Positions 47,206-56,164 of a DNA stretch of 64,000 nucleotides are shown in pieces. Made by a program: the position numbers and the translations under genes. Below the pieces are notes generated by a model, which was not told the origin of the DNA, did not search any database, and saw only the letters and a list, made by a program, of their open reading frames with translations. Every line of letters begins with the position of its first letter. Positions within the stretch are counted from its first letter, which is position 1. The stretch is from IMG/VR virus record IMGVR_UViG_3300028394_002328, positions 62,001-126,000 of that record; one strand, 5' to 3'.

Positions 47206-47250
47206 ATAGCCAATATGATAAATACTATATAAAGTTTGGAACCAAAAACT

Positions 47251-47964
47251 ATGAGATTAAACGACTTAAACAACAAAGTTCATGCTGCCCAAGCATTGAA
47301 AGAAAATTATAAAATGGCATTTAACCTTAATAAAATGTCATTGAATGAAACTAAATCAATGCTAAAGAAGGTACGCTCATTAGCTAATGAGGCTAAACAA
47401 TCACCTGATTTTTACAAAGATCAGTCTAATCCATCTTATATGAAATTAGTATTTATGGAACAGGCATTGGTTACTCATCATAACCAATTAGCATCAAGAC
47501 CTGCTACAAGAATTGTAGTAGAGAATGAGAAAATAGAAGAATCACAAGTTTACTTAGCCGCACAGGATTTAGTAGACACTGTTCAGAAAATGCTAGAAGA
47601 AGTGGGGCAAATGCAAGTTAAGGAATTACCTGCATTAGTTTCTAGTATTGAAAGCGAGATTGGTGTTAATGAAAGTCAATCATTCAATGACCAAGTATCT
47701 CAGCAGCTAGATGCGCTAAGTGCTACTTTAAAAGAGTCAATGGCAGGATTAAAATCCGCAGTTAATGGTTTAACTGGTCAAGAAGCTGGAATGGCTTTTA
47801 ATGAACCACCAGTTGATGATGCACAAATGGGAGCAGATATTGGTGCTGATGTAGGCGCAGAAATGGGTGCAGATATCGGCGCTGATTTAGGTGCTGAAGC
47901 GGGAGAAGAAATTGAACCTCCTGAGCCACAACCTGTCGGTGGAGTTGGACGAGCAAAGAGGTAA
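47251..47964 (+). CDS. Probable prohead core/scaffold-like protein
   Basis: Late motif upstream; coiled-coil, acidic; GADIGAD/GAEMGAD repeats at C-terminus. Confidence 0.45.
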   Translation: MRLNDLNNKVHAAQALKENYKMAFNLNKMSLNETKSMLKKVRSLANEAKQSPDFYKDQSNPSYMKLVFMEQALVTHHNQLASRPATRIVVENEKIEESQVYLAAQDLVDTVQKMLEEVGQMQVKELPALVSSIESEIGVNESQSFNDQVSQQLDALSATLKESMAGLKSAVNGLTGQEAGMAFNEPPVDDAQMGADIGADVGAEMGADIGADLGAEAGEEIEPPEPQPVGGVGRAKR

Positions 47965-47966
47965 GT

Positions 47967-48302
47967 ATGCGCCTCTTTGAATTAGATGGTATTGACCCGT
48001 TAGTAGTAAAATTAATTGCAGTTTCGGATCAGTTACATACCGATTTATTAAATGGTAAAACTGATCCTGAAATGACTACGGATGAACTATTGCAATATCT
48101 TCAGAAATATGATATAGTATTAGATAAAACTGATCTATACAAAATGATTAAAAAACCACCACTCAATAAGATAATTAGCAACATCCAATCAGATAAAATA
48201 GTATTTAAGGATATGGGTACTCCCGAAGCACCTGATCAAGAACAAAATAACCAAATTGTTAAACAAATGGCAAACCAAGCTGCCGCTAATATGCAAACAT
48301 GA
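47967..48302 (+). CDS. Hypothetical late protein
   Basis: Starts MRLFELD. Confidence 0.6.
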   Translation: MRLFELDGIDPLVVKLIAVSDQLHTDLLNGKTDPEMTTDELLQYLQKYDIVLDKTDLYKMIKKPPLNKIISNIQSDKIVFKDMGTPEAPDQEQNNQIVKQMANQAAANMQT

Positions 48303-48619
48303 TAAGTGCTACTCCGTTTGCAGCCGATAAAATAAAATATTTTTTAGAAAAAAGAGGAAAAGGTCTAGGAATTAAAGTAGGCGTGAAAACTACTGGATGT
48401 AGTGGTCTAGCTTACACACTAGAATTCATAGACCAACCTGATTCTACCTATGCTGTATATGAATCTCAAGGTGTAATGATTTGGGTAAGCCCTAAAGATA
48501 TAGTTTATTTAAAAGGGTTAACCGTAGATTATGCCAAACAAGGACTAAATGAAGGTTTTGAATTTATTAACCCTCAGGAAAAAGATCGTTGCGGATGCGG
48601 CGAAAGTTTTAGAATATGA
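48299..48619 (+). CDS. iscA: A-type Fe-S cluster carrier (IscA/HesB family)
   Basis: GVKTTGCSGLAY and CGCGESF. Confidence 0.93.
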   Translation: MISATPFAADKIKYFLEKRGKGLGIKVGVKTTGCSGLAYTLEFIDQPDSTYAVYESQGVMIWVSPKDIVYLKGLTVDYAKQGLNEGFEFINPQEKDRCGCGESFRI

Positions 48620-49299
48620 TAGTAGAAAAATTTAAATATAAAGCCCTTGAAAGAGCCACAGTTGATGGTAGTAGAAAATATGCAACACCTGATGGAGAAA
48701 AACTCCCTAGTGTTACTACTATATTAGATGCAACAAAATCAGAAGAAAGTAAACAAGCACTAGCTAATTGGCGTAGGCGTGTAGGACATGCCAAAGCCCA
48801 AGAGATTACTACTGAAGCGGCTGGTCGTGGTACAAGGATGCACAAATGGCTTGAAGACTATATCAAAACAGGTGTAATAGGTGAACCTGGTAGTAATCCA
48901 TACAGCATTCAAAGTCATCTGATGGCTAGGTCAATCATTGATCAGGGACTAAGCAAGTGTAATGAATTTTGGGGAACAGAAGTATCATTGTATTTTCCTA
49001 AAATTTATGCTGGTACAACAGACTTGGTAGGGTTGCATGAAGGTAGTGAATCTATTATGGATCACAAACAAACCAACAAGCCTAAAAAGCGTGAATGGAT
49101 TGAAGATTATTTTGTTCAGTTAGCAGCATATGCTAATGCTCATAATGAAGTATATGGCACAAAAATACGCAAAGGCGTTATTTTTATGTGTTCAGCGGCC
49201 AATGAATATCAAGAATTTATTCTTGAAGGTGCTGATTTTGATACCTATACAGACAAGTGGTTTAATAGGGTAGAACAGTACTACATGCAATTCATCTGA
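48616..49299 (+). CDS. PD-(D/E)XK exonuclease
   Basis: LPSVTTIL, GTRMHKWLE, YAGTTDL, MDHKQT, QLAAYA. Confidence 0.85.
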   Translation: MIVEKFKYKALERATVDGSRKYATPDGEKLPSVTTILDATKSEESKQALANWRRRVGHAKAQEITTEAAGRGTRMHKWLEDYIKTGVIGEPGSNPYSIQSHLMARSIIDQGLSKCNEFWGTEVSLYFPKIYAGTTDLVGLHEGSESIMDHKQTNKPKKREWIEDYFVQLAAYANAHNEVYGTKIRKGVIFMCSAANEYQEFILEGADFDTYTDKWFNRVEQYYMQFI

Positions 49300-49338
49300 T
49301 ATTTGTGATAAATAAATGTAATTGAGAAGATTACATTT

Positions 49339-51933
49339 ATGGCTATAATACAGATCAGCAAGATACAACAACGATCGGGTAATATCGTTGATTTACCTCA
49401 GTTGGATGAAGCAGAATTTGGTTGGGCAACAGATTCTAAACAGCTTTATATAGGTAAATCTGACCCCAATGAAAACATTGAAGTATTAACTTCTTACTCG
49501 GCGATTGATTTTGATCAAATAACTGGCGCTGTTGGCAATTTAGACATTGATGGTGCTAATATTGGCAATGGTCAAATACTTACCTATAATGGGTCTGATT
49601 GGACTAATCGTGGTGGTACTGTAGGTGGACTAATCACTTTGGGTAATGTTAGCAATGTTAAAATTGACGGTGGTTCTATTGGTTATGTATTAGAAACTGA
49701 TGGAACAGGTAATTTAAGTTGGACTCCTAAATCTACTATTAGTGCAAATATTAGTAATATTACTAAAGCTAATCCTGCTGTAGTTACTACAGCGGCTGAT
49801 AACTTTTTCACTGAAGGCGCATTAGTTACTATTACAGGTGTAGTGGGAATGACTCAGGTTAATGGTAATAGTTACTATGCCAATGTCATTACTGCTAATA
49901 CTTTTTCATTATATTCAGATCCCTCATTAACTACTCCTGTCAATTCTTCAGGGTACTCAACATATACTAGCGGTGGTAGAGCTATTTCGGCTGTAGGTGG
50001 TTCAGGATCTGTGGCAGCAGGTGGTTCTAATACAACTATTCAATTTAATAATAATAATTTATTAGATGGTGACGCAGATTTTACTTGGAATTATACTACA
50101 AATTTACTAACAGTTAACGGCAATGCTAATGTAGCAAACCTTAATGCTACTGGAATAGTTACCGCTACTAGATTGTTTTCTAATGTAGCAACAGGTACTA
50201 CTCCTATTGTTGTCACTTCTACTACCCGCGTAGCTAATTTAAATGTAAATTACGCTAACGTAAGTGATTTTGAAGTAGTCACAACTCAAACAACAGGTAC
50301 ATTTTATCCAGTATTTGTAAATGGTAATACTACTGCTAACTATGCATTGGGTTCTAATGCTAATATATCTTTTAACGCCGCAACAGGAAATTTATCAGCA
50401 ACACTTTTAAATTCAAATAGCAATATAACGGCTACAGGTAATATAACTGGTGGTAACATCATTGGTATTATAGCAGCAGGTGCGAACACTATTACTACAA
50501 CAGGTAATGCTAATGTAGGTAACTTAGGCTTTGGCACTGGAGTAATAACTGGCACAGGTAACATAACTGGCGGTAACATCATTGGTATTATAGCAGCAGG
50601 TGCCAATACAATCAGTACTACTGGTAATGCTAACGTTGGTAACTTAGGATTTGGTAGTGGGGTTATAGTTGGTACAGGTAATATAACTGGTGGTAACATC
50701 ATTGGTATTATAGCAGCAGGTGCGAACACTATTACTACAACAGGTAATGCTAATGTAGGTAACTTAGGCTTTGGTACTGGAGTAATTGTAGGGACTGGCA
50801 ATATCACCGGTGGTAACTTTATAGGAACGCTTGCAAATGGTAATAGCAATGTTAATATTCCTGCAGCCAATGGAAATATTACACTAAGTGTTGCAGGCAA
50901 TGCAAATATTATTGTAGCTACTGGCACTGGAGTAAACGTAGCAGGATATCTGACAGTAACAGGAAATGTAGGTGCTAACAATGTAAATGCTACTAATAGT
51001 GTAGTAGCCAGCACTTTAACTTCTAATGTAGCAATAGGCACTGCACCTTTAACAGTAACTAGTACTACCCGTGTTACTAATTTAAATGTAGCATACTCTA
51101 ATGTTAGCGATTACGGTGTAGTAACCGCACAAAGTTCAGGAGTGTATTATGTTTCGTTTGTAAATGGTAGTACTACTGCAAATCGTGCATTAGGTGCAAA
51201 TGCAAATTTGTCATTTGATGCAGGTACAGGTCAACTATCAGCAACTTTATTAACAGGTACATTAACAACCGCATCACAGGGAAATATTACCACTGTAGGT
51301 ACATTAGGTAGTCTTTCGGTGACTGCTAATGTGTCAACTGGTGGTATAAAGACTGATAATTATTATTATGCTAATGGTGCAGCAATTAGTTTTGCAGGAA
51401 CATATGGTGATAGTAATGTTGCTTCATATTTGCCAACTTACACAGGTCAAGTGGGAACAGGAGTGGCAACATTTTATGGGGCGAATCTCACTACAGGGGC
51501 TAATTCTAATGTAGGAACAATTACAGGCAATTGGTCTTTGAGTGCAGGATCAAGATTAAATGCTACATACGCTGACTTAGCAGAATACTATGAAGCAGAT
51601 TATGATTATGAACCAGGTACTGTATTAGAGTTTGGTGGGGATAAAGAAGTCACATTAGCTACTGATGAAACAATGAAAGTAGCAGGTGTAGTGTCATCTA
51701 ATCCTGCATATGTAATGAACGCTACATGTCAAGGTATAGCAGTTCCTATAGCACTACAAGGTAGAGTTCCTTGTAAAGTACGAGGTGTAATTCGTAAAGG
51801 CGATATGATGATTAGCGGTGGAAATGGTTATGCACGACCTACACATAGTCCTACTATAGGTACAGTAATTGGTAAGGCATTAGAAAACTTCTCAGGCGAG
51901 GGTATCATTGAAATCGCCATAGGTAGACTATAA
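49339..51933 (+). CDS. Tail fibre/spike-like protein with internal repeats and C-terminal chaperone-like domain
   Basis: N-terminal LPQLDEAEFGWATD..QLYIG; Gly/Asn/Thr-rich beta repeats; C-terminal YADLAEYY...GRVPCKV...GTVIGKALE. Confidence 0.75.
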   Translation: MAIIQISKIQQRSGNIVDLPQLDEAEFGWATDSKQLYIGKSDPNENIEVLTSYSAIDFDQITGAVGNLDIDGANIGNGQILTYNGSDWTNRGGTVGGLITLGNVSNVKIDGGSIGYVLETDGTGNLSWTPKSTISANISNITKANPAVVTTAADNFFTEGALVTITGVVGMTQVNGNSYYANVITANTFSLYSDPSLTTPVNSSGYSTYTSGGRAISAVGGSGSVAAGGSNTTIQFNNNNLLDGDADFTWNYTTNLLTVNGNANVANLNATGIVTATRLFSNVATGTTPIVVTSTTRVANLNVNYANVSDFEVVTTQTTGTFYPVFVNGNTTANYALGSNANISFNAATGNLSATLLNSNSNITATGNITGGNIIGIIAAGANTITTTGNANVGNLGFGTGVITGTGNITGGNIIGIIAAGANTISTTGNANVGNLGFGSGVIVGTGNITGGNIIGIIAAGANTITTTGNANVGNLGFGTGVIVGTGNITGGNFIGTLANGNSNVNIPAANGNITLSVAGNANIIVATGTGVNVAGYLTVTGNVGANNVNATNSVVASTLTSNVAIGTAPLTVTSTTRVTNLNVAYSNVSDYGVVTAQSSGVYYVSFVNGSTTANRALGANANLSFDAGTGQLSATLLTGTLTTASQGNITTVGTLGSLSVTANVSTGGIKTDNYYYANGAAISFAGTYGDSNVASYLPTYTGQVGTGVATFYGANLTTGANSNVGTITGNWSLSAGSRLNATYADLAEYYEADYDYEPGTVLEFGGDKEVTLATDETMKVAGVVSSNPAYVMNATCQGIAVPIALQGRVPCKVRGVIRKGDMMISGGNGYARPTHSPTIGTVIGKALENFSGEGIIEIAIGRL
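50433..50820 (+). repeat. 120-bp tandem repeat, three copies plus a partial (40-aa unit)
   Basis: Unit TGNITGGNIIGIIAAGANTITTTGNANVGNLGFGTGVIxG; 50433-50534 is identical to 50673-50774. Confidence 0.95.
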
Positions 51934-51960
51934 GATAAATACTAGACAGGAAATAAGAAA

Positions 51961-52518
51961 ATGGCATCATACGCATATACCGCAAGTTCAGCAGTAGCAA
52001 CATCAGGAAATATCGCTACAGATAAAATAATGATATCAACTACTAGTAGCCCTATTCAATATACTACTAGTTTTCCAAATGTTGCATTAACTGGAACAGT
52101 AACCTGTGCTACTAACAGCAATACGGTTACAGGTTCAGGAACTGCATTTACTACTCAGTTAAATATTGGAGCTTGGATAGGTAATACTAGTGGCAATACT
52201 GTTGGTATTGTTAAAGCAATTGCTAATAATACAAGTTTAACATTAACCGCAAATGCAGCAGTAGCAATTAGCGGAGCAACAGCGAGATATAACCCATATG
52301 GAGTTGCCTATACTGTGGCTACTGCCAATAGTACAATAATTCCTGCTAATACCGTAGCGAATAGTATTATTGTAGGTCAAGGCAATATAGTATCATTTTT
52401 AGAAGTAAGCGGTGTAACATCTGCACCATTTACTATTACAGAATTAGGTGCTGCACATCCTAATACAGGCACTACTGGTGTTTTAGCGACACCATCTGCC
52501 GGTGGACCTAACAACTAA
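51961..52518 (+). CDS. Probable virion structural protein
   Basis: GATAAATA and AGGA upstream; Thr/Ala/Asn-rich beta composition. Confidence 0.55.
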   Translation: MASYAYTASSAVATSGNIATDKIMISTTSSPIQYTTSFPNVALTGTVTCATNSNTVTGSGTAFTTQLNIGAWIGNTSGNTVGIVKAIANNTSLTLTANAAVAISGATARYNPYGVAYTVATANSTIIPANTVANSIIVGQGNIVSFLEVSGVTSAPFTITELGAAHPNTGTTGVLATPSAGGPNN

Positions 52519-52623
52519 AACTACGCAAAAAAGATAAATATATTCATATACTCTCATGGTGAGAGTTTATGCGGTCCCCGCCGCGTAGTGGCTAGAACCC
52601 ACACATAATAAGGAGAAAAACAA

Positions 52624-54015
52624 ATGGGACGCCCTTTAAAGATTGCCAAAGCGGTAATGTTAACATTGACCGCAACAAATGGTACAACTGAAGTTGTTAC
52701 AGTAAGTGAAAATTTAAATACTCTAAATGTTATCGCAGGAATGCCTTTTGTAGTTGCTACTACAACAGGAGGACTAACAGCAGGTACAACATATTGGATT
52801 TTAGAAGTACTAACAGCTAATACTTTTACAGTATCAGCTACAGAAACAAGTGCTAATCCTAGTTATACTAAGGTTAACCTATCAAATGCTGGTCCAGTAA
52901 CAGTGAAGGTATCGGTTGGTGTAGTAGACACAGGTTTTCAAAATCCTGATTCTACAGCACAATCAGGTGGTACATCTACTAACCCTGGCGCAAGTTATGG
53001 TGTAGTTGGTGGTAACACAACAATTTATGGCTCACAAGTATTAACACGAGTTGCTATTGGTATTCAAGGAACAGGTACAATTTATGCATCTACTGGTAGT
53101 GCATTAGTATTTGGTGATGCTAATACTAATTTTGATACTGACTTTGTAGCAGGTACTGCTATTCAAGTAGGTACTGCTAACATTAATGGTACATCTACTA
53201 ATTATGCTGATGTAGGATTTGTCTCTTCTACGGGCAACACTGATGTAACAGTGGCTAATACTGTCGTATCAGGTAGCTTTATTGGTGTGTCAGCTGGTGA
53301 TGCTACTAATTTATCTGCAAACAATCCAATACAATTTGTTGCTAATATAGGTACTCTAGTAGCAGGCACAACATATTTTGTTAAGACTATTGCTAATTCG
53401 GCTGCGTTTACTGTTTCAACATCAATTGGTGGCCCTGCATTAGCAATGACAGCAAATACTTCTGCAACTACTGGAAGACAGCAAGTTGCATATTTAGCTG
53501 GTCCGGCATCACTTGTAAATGCAGTTGGCAATACGTATGTTTATGCAAATGATGAAGCAGGATATATTGTTCGTCAAAAAGGTAAGCAAAAATATCTAGT
53601 AACAGGTTTAACATCTGGTTTAACTGCACAATGTACAACAGCTAATGTTGCAAATGCAGCATTAACACCAAATACAATGAGTATTACTGCAACAACAGCA
53701 GCACCTGCAACAGTGTATGTACAGTCAGTAAACAATTATCAAACAGAATTGTTTGAAGTTACAGTTGCTCCTAGTGCATTGTCAGTTGGTACAGCTTACA
53801 CCATTACTAGTGTAGGTACTACAAATTGGACAGCAGTTGGTGCTTCTGCTAATATTACTGGTGTATCATTCGTTGCAACTGCAACTGGTTCAGGTACAGG
53901 TACAGCGATATTGACTACAGCGAATCCTGATGTTATTGCTACATTCAACACAGCATACGCTGCTAATACATACGATGGACAACCTAACCCAATCGTTGTA
54001 GTTAATAACGCATAA
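52624..54015 (+). CDS. Probable virion structural protein
   Basis: Late motif, structured leader, AAGGAG RBS; Thr/Ala/Gly-rich. Confidence 0.6.
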   Translation: MGRPLKIAKAVMLTLTATNGTTEVVTVSENLNTLNVIAGMPFVVATTTGGLTAGTTYWILEVLTANTFTVSATETSANPSYTKVNLSNAGPVTVKVSVGVVDTGFQNPDSTAQSGGTSTNPGASYGVVGGNTTIYGSQVLTRVAIGIQGTGTIYASTGSALVFGDANTNFDTDFVAGTAIQVGTANINGTSTNYADVGFVSSTGNTDVTVANTVVSGSFIGVSAGDATNLSANNPIQFVANIGTLVAGTTYFVKTIANSAAFTVSTSIGGPALAMTANTSATTGRQQVAYLAGPASLVNAVGNTYVYANDEAGYIVRQKGKQKYLVTGLTSGLTAQCTTANVANAALTPNTMSITATTAAPATVYVQSVNNYQTELFEVTVAPSALSVGTAYTITSVGTTNWTAVGASANITGVSFVATATGSGTGTAILTTANPDVIATFNTAYAANTYDGQPNPIVVVNNA

Positions 54016-54017
54016 TC

Positions 54018-54329
54018 ATGGCAAATACTAGAGCATTATCCGTTAATACATCGGACACTGATATTGCCGTCCTTCAAGTTCAAGTTAATAATATTGAAAC
54101 AAAAATCAATGAATTAAAAGATGACTTGAGGGAAGTGCATGAATGCCTTGACAAAAATGCGGAAGAAACTCACAAGTTAATAAAAGAGTTGCAAGAAACT
54201 AATGACGCTTCTCATAAAGCATTAACTGACAAGGTTAGTTCATTAGAAAAGTGGCGTTGGATGATGATGGGAGCAGGTGTAGTTATCGGCTCAATGGGAT
54301 TTGATACTCTAGCAAAACTGCTAAAATAA
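54018..54329 (+). CDS. Coiled-coil protein with C-terminal membrane anchor (XhlA/holin-like)
   Basis: Heptad-rich N-terminus then WMMMGAGVVIGSMGF. Confidence 0.5.
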   Translation: MANTRALSVNTSDTDIAVLQVQVNNIETKINELKDDLREVHECLDKNAEETHKLIKELQETNDASHKALTDKVSSLEKWRWMMMGAGVVIGSMGFDTLAKLLK

Positions 54330-54356
54330 AAAAAGGGACTTTAAAGTCCCTTTTTT
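54328..54356. terminator. Bidirectional terminator between convergent genes
   Basis: AAAAAAAGGGACT-TTAA-AGTCCCTTTTTT. Confidence 0.85.
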
Positions 54357-54757
54357 ATTAGTGTGTTTAATTTTTTTTGTACTACATCAAAATTTACTGT
54401 ACTAAACAATCCAGGATGTAATGGTTTGGGGTATTGACCTTCACCTACCCAAGCATATCCGCAATGCTCTTCATTTAATACAGGAATAAATTCTTCTTCT
54501 ATAGCAGAAAAAAAGGTATGGTATGTAAAGTTATTATTTACAAATTTTTGAATAGGTACTAGTTTAGGATTGTCGGGCCAATAACCAACCTCTTCTACAC
54601 TTTCTCGCTCTAACCCGTCTAATAGAGTTTCATCACTTTCTATTTTACCACCGGGAATACCCCAATTACCTGGATTCTTAGCGTCAGTTCTAAGTAAATA
54701 CAGGAATCGTCCAGTGTTTTTACTGTAAAAGAATATTCCAGCCGATATGTTATTCAT
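54341..54757 (-). CDS. Nudix hydrolase
   Basis: Nudix box GGKIESDETLLDGLERESVEEVG. Confidence 0.9.
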   Translation of the reverse strand: MNNISAGIFFYSKNTGRFLYLLRTDAKNPGNWGIPGGKIESDETLLDGLERESVEEVGYWPDNPKLVPIQKFVNNNFTYHTFFSAIEEEFIPVLNEEHCGYAWVGEGQYPKPLHPGLFSTVNFDVVQKKLNTLIKKGL

Positions 54758-54781
54758 CTACAAATTGTATCATATTATTAA

Positions 54782-56149
54782 TTAGATTACAATACTGTAG
54801 TCACCCTCATTATACCATCCATCAACTGCTTTTACCCAATTGCCATCTGTCCAACGATATTGCATGTTGGTAGTTAAATTAGTAACATATTCAATAGAAG
54901 TTGTATTTTCAGAATCAAACGCAACTTGCCATACTCCTAAGCTACTATTAAATTGTATTATATCATTAGCATTGGCTTTTAGATTTCCCCAAGCTACAGT
55001 AGAAGAATCGCCCCCTACACTCTCTACAATTAAATATCTTCTACCATTAATAGGTCCTGGCAAGCCTGCATTAGGACCAGTTAATTGTGGATTAATTATA
55101 CTGGCTACAGGATTTAAAGTATTTTGTGGCAGTGTATCAGGGTCTATGTTGTATAATAAAAATCTATCATCAAGTGGATCAGGAACTATTGTTCCTACAA
55201 TTTCTGTATCCATATATGGGTTTTGTAACCATATTTGTGATATACCTGGTTTTATAACTCCATAGGCATTTAAATAAGAAGTCCAATATAATGAAGTATT
55301 TGGAGCTTCAGGAATAGCAAACTCATCATTAGGTGGATCAAATGGTTGATTAGAAGGTAATAATTGTAATGTATTACCTAATAATAATACTTGGTATCCA
55401 TATGGACTAATTTTTTGTCTAGTGCCTAATAGTAAATCATCATCTTGTATATCTTGTAAGGTACTTCCTCTAAAAATACTATAGATAATTTTTTCAATAA
55501 CACCCATTTTCTTAAGCTTACTAGTTGTGCTTAACCATATGGGCATGTAGAATTTCCAAGTCATAACATCAATAGGGTTTCCTGTTCCTTGTGGAATACT
55601 ACGGCTAGTAAATGTTAATCCATCTTGATATACTATGCTTAAAGAAGTCCAATCTAAAAAGTTATCTGTACTTTGAATTTCTAATCCAGGATTGAACAAT
55701 GTTCCTAATTGTTCAATAATTTCTAATTTTTGATTATAATTTGTAGTCCAAAAATCAACAGTAACTCTTAGCGTATAAGGTACTGGCATTAATCTTTCCA
55801 CAGTAAATGCTTGACCCTGTGTAGTTTCATATGTTTGTGAATCAGCATTATATGCTCGTTGACGAATTTGTGTTTTTTCAACGAATGTAGGATTTTGAGT
55901 TCTATTTTGATTATATTCTAATCCACTTATGTAATAGGTTATCAATGGAGCTGATGGTAAATTACTAGCCGAGTTGTTAGCAATTATAGTAGAAGCCTGT
56001 CTGCTACTATCGCCATACATAATAGGTACTCTAACATATATTGTATTACCAGCAGGATCTTTTCCTTTAGTCACATACCAATTGGAAAATATTTTTGCAA
56101 ATTGAATTAAAAATCTGCGAATCTGATTATCATAAAAAAACTGTGCCAA
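54782..56149 (-). CDS. Tail completion/terminator protein (T4 gp15-like) with C-terminal extension
   Basis: FFYDNQIRRFLIQFAKIFS...VPIMYG...PVPY.L...FWT; TTG start. Confidence 0.7.
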   Translation of the reverse strand: MAQFFYDNQIRRFLIQFAKIFSNWYVTKGKDPAGNTIYVRVPIMYGDSSRQASTIIANNSASNLPSAPLITYYISGLEYNQNRTQNPTFVEKTQIRQRAYNADSQTYETTQGQAFTVERLMPVPYTLRVTVDFWTTNYNQKLEIIEQLGTLFNPGLEIQSTDNFLDWTSLSIVYQDGLTFTSRSIPQGTGNPIDVMTWKFYMPIWLSTTSKLKKMGVIEKIIYSIFRGSTLQDIQDDDLLLGTRQKISPYGYQVLLLGNTLQLLPSNQPFDPPNDEFAIPEAPNTSLYWTSYLNAYGVIKPGISQIWLQNPYMDTEIVGTIVPDPLDDRFLLYNIDPDTLPQNTLNPVASIINPQLTGPNAGLPGPINGRRYLIVESVGGDSSTVAWGNLKANANDIIQFNSSLGVWQVAFDSENTTSIEYVTNLTTNMQYRWTDGNWVKAVDGWYNEGDYSIVI

Positions 56150-56164
56150 TTGAATTACCTTTGT

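Noticed and set aside
48616-49299. Cas4
   Set aside because: It has the PD-(D/E)XK core but lacks the four-cysteine Fe-S motif, and there is no CRISPR context.
50340-51041. Minus-strand 233-aa ORF (also 53202..53531)
   Set aside because: Shadow frames produced by the biased codons and repeats of the plus-strand structural genes.
49339-51933. Diversity-generating retroelement target
   Set aside because: There is no reverse transcriptase in the window. The repeats are in-frame tandem units, and their differences are not adenine-specific.
54840-55265. Plus-strand 141-aa ORF
   Set aside because: Antisense shadow of the gp15-like gene.
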